Origin: a virus
Lineage: Duplodnaviria; Caudoviricetes
Direction: 5' to 3' (one strand)
Length of the DNA stretch: 64,000 bases
Virus record (IMG/VR): IMGVR_UViG_3300036766_002286
The translations under genes and the position numbers were made by a program. The notes under the pieces were generated by a model, which saw only the letters and a program-made list of their open reading frames with translations, was not told where the DNA came from and made no database searches. Of this stretch, positions 58,318-64,000 are shown piece after piece. Each line of letters starts with the position of its first letter. The stretch's first letter is position 1.

Positions 58318-60645
58318 TTAACCTTTTAATTTCAAAGGTGCCAATGACAATTTTAACATTCTAGTCATATCTGCAAACTTTACAGTTATAGTAGTTTCAG
58401 GCTCATTGCCGGATATACACATAACTATACCTTCTCCGAACTTATTGTGTATCACAATATCTCCTACAATAACCTGACTAACAGTAAGTGTCGTTCCTGC
58501 CTTCGGCACATACTTTTTTTCAACTGGAAAAAATGGATCATCTGAATCTTCCAAATCTGTCCGTTTTTTATTTTTAGATGCTCCCCATGAATATTTATTA
58601 CCTCCACCCCACTGATTACCATATCCCCGTTTTTGCAAACCTTGTCCGCTTTTATCAATCTCTTCTACAGCTGCTGGTAAAGATTTCAAATAGCGAGACC
58701 GCTCAATATCATGCATCCAGCCGTTTCCTACCGGACGAGATAGAACGTGCGTGAAAGTTAAATTCTCACGTGCTCTTGATGCCGCTACAAATAATAAACG
58801 CCGCTCTTCTTGAATAGAGCTTTCAGATAAAGTGTACAGTGACCTATATTCTGACGGCCCGCCGTTTGATATAAAGCGTTGATGAGGAAACATTCCTTCT
58901 TCCACACCTATAACATATACCGCATCAAACTCTTTACCTTTCGCTGCGTGCGCACTCATCAGACACACTCTAGCTCCGACATCTTCTTCTACTACATCTT
59001 CACCAGAACTAAGTGAGCAACTATTTAGAAACAGTTCTACTAATCTGATATTATCTAAAACTACTCCATCTTGATCTACCAAGGTATCTGCTTTAAATTT
59101 GGTAGCAGCCACTACTAATTCTTCTAAGTTTTCTATCTTGTCCTCCCCATTTGCCCCGCTGTGTTCTCGCACGTATTTCTCTAAGCCAGATGTCATTATA
59201 CATCGTATTGCTTTATCCGGTCCACCAGAAATTATAGCATTTTTAATATTATCAATATCAGCCAGAAAAGATGTCCAAGTCTCTCCACGTTTTCCACTAA
59301 TAGTTTTGTCTGTCAACATTTCTTGAATAGTATCAAGTAAATTATTACCGTTTGCCCGTGTTATTATTTGTTCTATAGATTTTTGCCCAAGCCCGCGCTT
59401 AGGTGCTGAACTCGCCCTAATTAGTGCCAAGGCATCTTGAGGGTTTAGTATTAATCGTAAGTAACTAAAAGTATCTTTTATTTCTGCGCGATCATAGAAG
59501 CGTAAAGTACCAATAGTAGTATATGTCAGACCAGCAATAGGTAGGGCTGCTTCAAGCCATCTGGTTTGTGAGTTAGTACGCATAAGCACTGCTACACTTT
59601 TATTAGGATCTAGTTTTTTTATATCTGTAGCTATAAAATCTGCTTCTTGTTCAGGGTCATCTACGCAAATAACTTTTACCGCATTACCAATACCAAGATT
59701 AGTAGTAAGCTCTGGTCTAAATTTTGCATCATTACCTGCTATAATACTTTTGCAAACATCTAAAACTTTTTGGGTTGACCTGTAATTTATACCCATACGA
59801 ACTACCCGTGCCCCAGGCCAGTCATGCACAAAAGTATCTAGCACCTCTGGCGAGGCTGAGCGAAATCCATAAATAGATTGATCAGCATCACCAACTACGC
59901 ACAAGTTTCCGTTGTCTGCTGATAAGCTTTGTAAGATACTGTATTGAACAGGATTAGTATCTTGGTATTCATCAACCAGAATATGTGTGAATCGTGTCTG
60001 GTACTTGAGCATAATATCGTGGTGTTTTTCAAACAGATCCACTACTCGCAGCAATAGATCATCAAAATCAAGTGCACCCAGGCGCACTAGCTGCTTACAA
60101 TAAGCATCATATATTTGTAATAATTGTGGCTCGGGGATAACGCGCCCTCCATTTTTTATGCGAGAAATTCTCGCAGCTAATTCTCGCACTTTAGCTGGAG
60201 TATCATACGCACCAGACATATTTTCTCCATCAACAACCCCTTTCAACACAACACGCACATCTTTAGAATCTAAAATAGTATAAGCTCTAGGCAACCCCGC
60301 AGCCAAGTGCTCTACGCGCAGCACTCTAGCACAAAAACTATGAAAGGTACATATCCACATACCTTTAACACGTTCTTCGCCTAATAGCACTCCAACCCGC
60401 TGCTTCATTTCTCCAGCTGCTTTATTAGTAAATGTCATAGCTAGCACACCATAGGCTCTGCAACTACCGGTTTCCATTAACGCAGCTATCCGTCTCGTAA
60501 GTACGGTTGTCTTGCCAGACCCAGGCCCCGCCACAACCGCTAAAGGACCTGACAGAGTTACTACAGCTTCACGCTGTTCACTGTTTAGGCCCTCAAGCAA
60601 ATATTCAGGCACTTGGAGAGAAAATTGTTCGACTATTTCATTCAT
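58318..60645 (-). CDS. pcrA: UvrD/PcrA SF1 DNA helicase
   Basis: AGPGSGKT, TFTNKAA, VDEYQDTN, VGDADQSIYGFR, NYRS, HAAKGKEF, EERRLLFVA, C-terminal Tudor-like HNKFGEG. Confidence 0.93.
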   Translation of the reverse strand: MNEIVEQFSLQVPEYLLEGLNSEQREAVVTLSGPLAVVAGPGSGKTTVLTRRIAALMETGSCRAYGVLAMTFTNKAAGEMKQRVGVLLGEERVKGMWICTFHSFCARVLRVEHLAAGLPRAYTILDSKDVRVVLKGVVDGENMSGAYDTPAKVRELAARISRIKNGGRVIPEPQLLQIYDAYCKQLVRLGALDFDDLLLRVVDLFEKHHDIMLKYQTRFTHILVDEYQDTNPVQYSILQSLSADNGNLCVVGDADQSIYGFRSASPEVLDTFVHDWPGARVVRMGINYRSTQKVLDVCKSIIAGNDAKFRPELTTNLGIGNAVKVICVDDPEQEADFIATDIKKLDPNKSVAVLMRTNSQTRWLEAALPIAGLTYTTIGTLRFYDRAEIKDTFSYLRLILNPQDALALIRASSAPKRGLGQKSIEQIITRANGNNLLDTIQEMLTDKTISGKRGETWTSFLADIDNIKNAIISGGPDKAIRCIMTSGLEKYVREHSGANGEDKIENLEELVVAATKFKADTLVDQDGVVLDNIRLVELFLNSCSLSSGEDVVEEDVGARVCLMSAHAAKGKEFDAVYVIGVEEGMFPHQRFISNGGPSEYRSLYTLSESSIQEERRLLFVAASRARENLTFTHVLSRPVGNGWMHDIERSRYLKSLPAAVEEIDKSGQGLQKRGYGNQWGGGNKYSWGASKNKKRTDLEDSDDPFFPVEKKYVPKAGTTLTVSQVIVGDIVIHNKFGEGIVMCISGNEPETTITVKFADMTRMLKLSLAPLKLKG

Positions 60646-60864
60646 TATACTATACTACTGTACATATACCAGCCGTTTGGTCATCTAGCTGATATTTAGT
60701 CGTAATTCTATACTAATTACTTAGATTAATCTCTAATAACAGATGTTTTAATAAAATGCATCCAAAGGTTGTTTATGTGCTTTTCGCACCCACAGTAATG
60801 TACAGCTGTAATTAGCTATACATTCAAACTCAGTAAGGTCTCTAAGATCGACTTAGGAGTAATC

Positions 60865-62919
60865 ATGGTGAAAGTCACCAAAAAAATTAATACAAGTTCG
60901 TTTTATCTCGGCGGCTATGACGCAAAATCTTGCCCCGAACTCGTGAGAAAAAATGCTGACGATTCATTTACCGACGAAGACAAAGACGCATTTCCACCAG
61001 GAGATGTGGCGCGTATGGAAGCCGGAATAATATTTGAGTCAAAACTAGCGCTATTATGGGAAGCTGAACTGGGTGACCAGTTTTTTGCAGTACCACAATG
61101 CACTCGTACAGAAAAGTCTAAAAAACTGCGCGAAAAGATAACTACGGAAAAAATGCTCGACCCGGGAACGGTTCGTGTTATTTGGAACGCTAGGTTGCCA
61201 AAGATTAAAAAATCACATCAAACAGGTGAACCAGATGCTCTGCTCCACGGAGGAACAGACGCAGCCGGCACTCATCTGTGGATACCAGTTGATGTTAAGT
61301 CTCATGGCAGTTTAGAAGGACAGCGCACAACTTTAGGTACTTTAGTATCAACTCTTAAAGATCCGCTTTACACTAGTGCAACTCTAGTTGATTTAGGAAA
61401 AGGCATAGGCAAGAAATCTGATGCCATGCAGTTAGCGCACTATTACAGAATGTTAGAGCACCTAGGACATGCCACTCCAGAAATGATTGGCGGAATCATA
61501 GGTACAGAGCTAAAAATTATTTGGCACAAGCTAAATGAACCGCTCTATAAACACTCTGCATTAGCAGCCACTATTAGTGCTTTAGACTATTACGATCACG
61601 AATTTGCCTATAGGGTAGAGATCGTAAAAGCCGCCAAAAAAGGCGAAGCAATAGTAGGTCCTGAATGGAAACCAGAATGCGCGTCTTGCATTTGGCGCAC
61701 AATATGCCATGACCAATTAAAAATTGACATGGACCATATTACGCTTCTTGCAGGTATTACACCTCTAAGAGCAGCTGCTCACTATAGTGTAGGTATTACC
61801 CGCATCAGCGATGTTACACGCCTTGACTGGAAAACAGCTAAGCTTGTTGATGTCGGTATTGATGTACCAGCTTTTATTAAGTGGGCTAATACTGTACTTC
61901 CAGAAACACTAGTTGTTTCGTGGGAGGGAGCTGATCTAGCACTACGTGCAGGAACCTTTCCTGCCTTAGGTATAGTCACAGCCAAAGATGCATGCAAATT
62001 AGATCCAGTCACCGCAAGGTATGCTGGCACTAAAGTATGGAACCTAACAGATACCATAGATATTGCACGCGCCACCAAGGTAGCAAAGGTATTTCTAGCA
62101 CGAAATGTGCAATCCGTTACTCTCAATAGATCTGTTTACGAACAGGACATAGATATTGAAGATAGTAATGGATATGTTTATATGATTGGTGTACGCACAA
62201 GCGGATACAAAAATATTAACAGAGAAGACCGAGAAACCAGAACAGAGTACGTAGCTTTTGTTAACTGGGACAGCTCACCAGAAGGGGAAGCTAAAGTGTT
62301 CGCTGATTTTTGGCGTCACATACAGTTTTCCAGGTTTTATGCTAAACAGCGTAAATACGCCTACAGAATGTACTACTATACTAAACACGAGCCCTCGTCA
62401 TTTAAATCGCTCGCAACTAGACATAGTACACAGCCTAATGTACCCACAGTAGAAGATGTTGAAAAGCTATTTGGTTCAACATTACCCGCTCCAGTATTTT
62501 TGGATGATGCATTCACCTTAGAACAAGACGGTACTCCCTTCGGAGAAGTGCTTGACTTGTTTCCAATCATAACCACACAATTAGTGTGGCCAACCGAAGC
62601 ACTTACATTGAAAGATACCGCTAAATGGGTTCGTTTCTCATGGAGAGACTCAGATCCGGGCGGTGCTAACTCAATGGCATGGTACGCAGAAGCAGTTAAT
62701 AACCCTGATGAAGAAATTAGGGAAAAAAACCGGAAGCGTATTATTGACTACAACGCCGACGATGTTCACGCCCAAGTCGCAATTCGCGATTGGCTAACAC
62801 ATCTAGGAGCTGCCCGTCAACCCGGTAAAAAATTGCCAAACGTAGCATCATTAGATAGACGGTTTAAACACCGTATTCCTAATACAGTGCGTCGACACCC
62901 ATCTTTGGGTAACGTATAA
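60865..62919 (+). CDS. TM0106-family RecB-like nuclease with C-terminal RNase H-like domain
   Basis: PD...VDVK, QLAHY, C..C.WR..C, DIDIE, LTLKDTA..F.W, GGANSMAWY, YNADDV. Confidence 0.82.
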   Translation: MVKVTKKINTSSFYLGGYDAKSCPELVRKNADDSFTDEDKDAFPPGDVARMEAGIIFESKLALLWEAELGDQFFAVPQCTRTEKSKKLREKITTEKMLDPGTVRVIWNARLPKIKKSHQTGEPDALLHGGTDAAGTHLWIPVDVKSHGSLEGQRTTLGTLVSTLKDPLYTSATLVDLGKGIGKKSDAMQLAHYYRMLEHLGHATPEMIGGIIGTELKIIWHKLNEPLYKHSALAATISALDYYDHEFAYRVEIVKAAKKGEAIVGPEWKPECASCIWRTICHDQLKIDMDHITLLAGITPLRAAAHYSVGITRISDVTRLDWKTAKLVDVGIDVPAFIKWANTVLPETLVVSWEGADLALRAGTFPALGIVTAKDACKLDPVTARYAGTKVWNLTDTIDIARATKVAKVFLARNVQSVTLNRSVYEQDIDIEDSNGYVYMIGVRTSGYKNINREDRETRTEYVAFVNWDSSPEGEAKVFADFWRHIQFSRFYAKQRKYAYRMYYYTKHEPSSFKSLATRHSTQPNVPTVEDVEKLFGSTLPAPVFLDDAFTLEQDGTPFGEVLDLFPIITTQLVWPTEALTLKDTAKWVRFSWRDSDPGGANSMAWYAEAVNNPDEEIREKNRKRIIDYNADDVHAQVAIRDWLTHLGAARQPGKKLPNVASLDRRFKHRIPNTVRRHPSLGNV

Positions 62920-62922
62920 AAC

Positions 62923-62954
62923 ATAGGGGGTTCCAGTTATCTGGAGCCTCCTAT
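62923..62954 (+). terminator. Intrinsic terminator
   Basis: ATAGGGGGTTCCAG-loop-CTGGAGCCTCCTAT. Confidence 0.65.
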
Positions 62955-62999
62955 TGTATTTTAAATGGCATGCTATGATCTTAAGGCACAATATTTACT

Positions 63000-63356
63000 A
63001 TGATGAACACTCACACAAGTACAATTGAACAAGCAATAGGAGCAGGTCGTGCTGTTGCTATACTATTTACAGCCCCTTGGTGTGCGGCTGGTACTATTAT
63101 AGAACATATCTTACTTACTGAACATTTAGGCGGTACGGCGTTGGCTGTTATCAATATAGAAAATGACCCACATTTAGCTGATCGCTTTAAAATTGTTTCT
63201 CTTCCGACATTAATATGGTTCGCGGGCACCTATGAACAAGGGCGTCTACTCGGCGCTTTTTCAGCAGCTTTCGCCATAGATAGTATAAATAAAAGTCTTA
63301 AACAGCCAGCATCTGCAATAAGTAACACACAAGATGGTAAGGAAAGTGTTCAATGA
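63000..63356 (+). CDS. Thioredoxin-fold protein with single-Cys active site (WCAAG)
   Basis: FTAPWCAAG, INIEND..LA.RF.I.SLPTL; CACAAT-7-ATG. Confidence 0.8.
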   Translation: MMNTHTSTIEQAIGAGRAVAILFTAPWCAAGTIIEHILLTEHLGGTALAVINIENDPHLADRFKIVSLPTLIWFAGTYEQGRLLGAFSAAFAIDSINKSLKQPASAISNTQDGKESVQ

Positions 63357-63988
63357 TAGAAAATACAACTACACAACTAACAATACCAAGCATTGCCCTC
63401 GAACTACTAGCCACAACCAATGATATAGACTTAAAAGATATATCATGTCTAGAATTTGGCAACACAGTTGAAATTGACATGCATAACTTAGCTATTAACA
63501 ATCCAGCTTTAGCTCACCAGTTAGAAACATACTATAACTCTGCTCTCACCCTGTGGGACAACATGTCTGCTGGTCTGCCATACCAAGGCATTTTAGTTAA
63601 AGTACCTTTAGTAGATACTATACAAAAAGATTCTAAAGAAGACAGCTACCAGCTTACCTTAGAGCTCAAGGATTTAGACGCCATGCCGGCAACCAGAAAC
63701 TTAACAACCCTATTTCAGGCTTTACCACATCCAAGCAACATACCCTATCTAAAAGATCCTGCAACAATGACAGCGACAACAAAAAAGACATTAAAAACTC
63801 TCAATACTAAAATTTATGCTGATACCTGGCCTCTCTCTATGGGCGGCCCAAAACGCCCGGGCGAGCTATATAGAGAACTTACCTTGCATGCCAACTACTC
63901 CAAATGGCGCGACACACGCTCACGCCGTTTCACGCGAATGATAGTTACCGCCACCGAAGTATGGCCAGATCCCAAAACGACAAATTAA
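63353..63988 (+). CDS. Hypothetical protein
   Basis: 211-aa ORF, ATGA overlap with thioredoxin-like gene. Confidence 0.65.
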   Translation: MIENTTTQLTIPSIALELLATTNDIDLKDISCLEFGNTVEIDMHNLAINNPALAHQLETYYNSALTLWDNMSAGLPYQGILVKVPLVDTIQKDSKEDSYQLTLELKDLDAMPATRNLTTLFQALPHPSNIPYLKDPATMTATTKKTLKTLNTKIYADTWPLSMGGPKRPGELYRELTLHANYSKWRDTRSRRFTRMIVTATEVWPDPKTTN

Positions 63989-64000
63989 TCATTTTATCTC

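Noticed and set aside
1-64000. Genome-wide stop-codon reassignment suggested by the encoded RF1 and TyrRS
   Set aside because: Conserved genes are uninterrupted in code 11, and TGA, TAG and TAA all end genes at expected positions, including ATGA overlaps; recoding elsewhere on the replicon cannot be excluded

Overview
This 64-kb window is AT-rich (roughly 40% GC by eye), uses the standard genetic code and contains mostly monocistronic genes. It mixes actinobacterial-type housekeeping homologues (ClpC, FtsH, UvrB-A-C, UvrD/PcrA, TyrRS, RF1, NusA, PncB/PncA) with a near self-contained replication and transcription kit. That kit comprises a family A DNA polymerase without a 5'-3' exonuclease, a TOPRIM primase, two DnaB-type helicases, a DciA-like loader, degenerate clamp-loader delta/delta' subunits, a HARP-SNF2 helicase, a DnaQ-like exonuclease and three sigma-70-family factors. 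Many small phage-type ORFs and two TnpB genes are also present. I found no rRNA, tRNA, CRISPR array, ribosomal-protein operon or virion structural gene. The best reading is a very large extrachromosomal element (jumbo phage or megaplasmid-like) of an actinobacterial host; this is inference. Highlights: (1) an RF1 homologue whose PxT anticodon tripeptide is SAT, with Ser at the RF2 SPF Ser position, and whose apparent leaderless start is followed in-frame by a UGA at codon 16; (2) a membrane-anchored fusion of a DnaB N-terminal domain to an A24 prepilin peptidase, translationally coupled to dnaB; (3) a window-wide leaderless promoter pattern (TTG-type -35, 16 nt, often CACWRT -10, 7 nt, ATG); (4) a candidate ~100-nt structured ncRNA with its own promoter and terminator; (5) an orphan DarG macrodomain and a pncB/pncA pair enclosing a cassette-like array of small ORFs, both candidate counter-defence functions. 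All protein assignments come from motif recognition by eye, not database searches.
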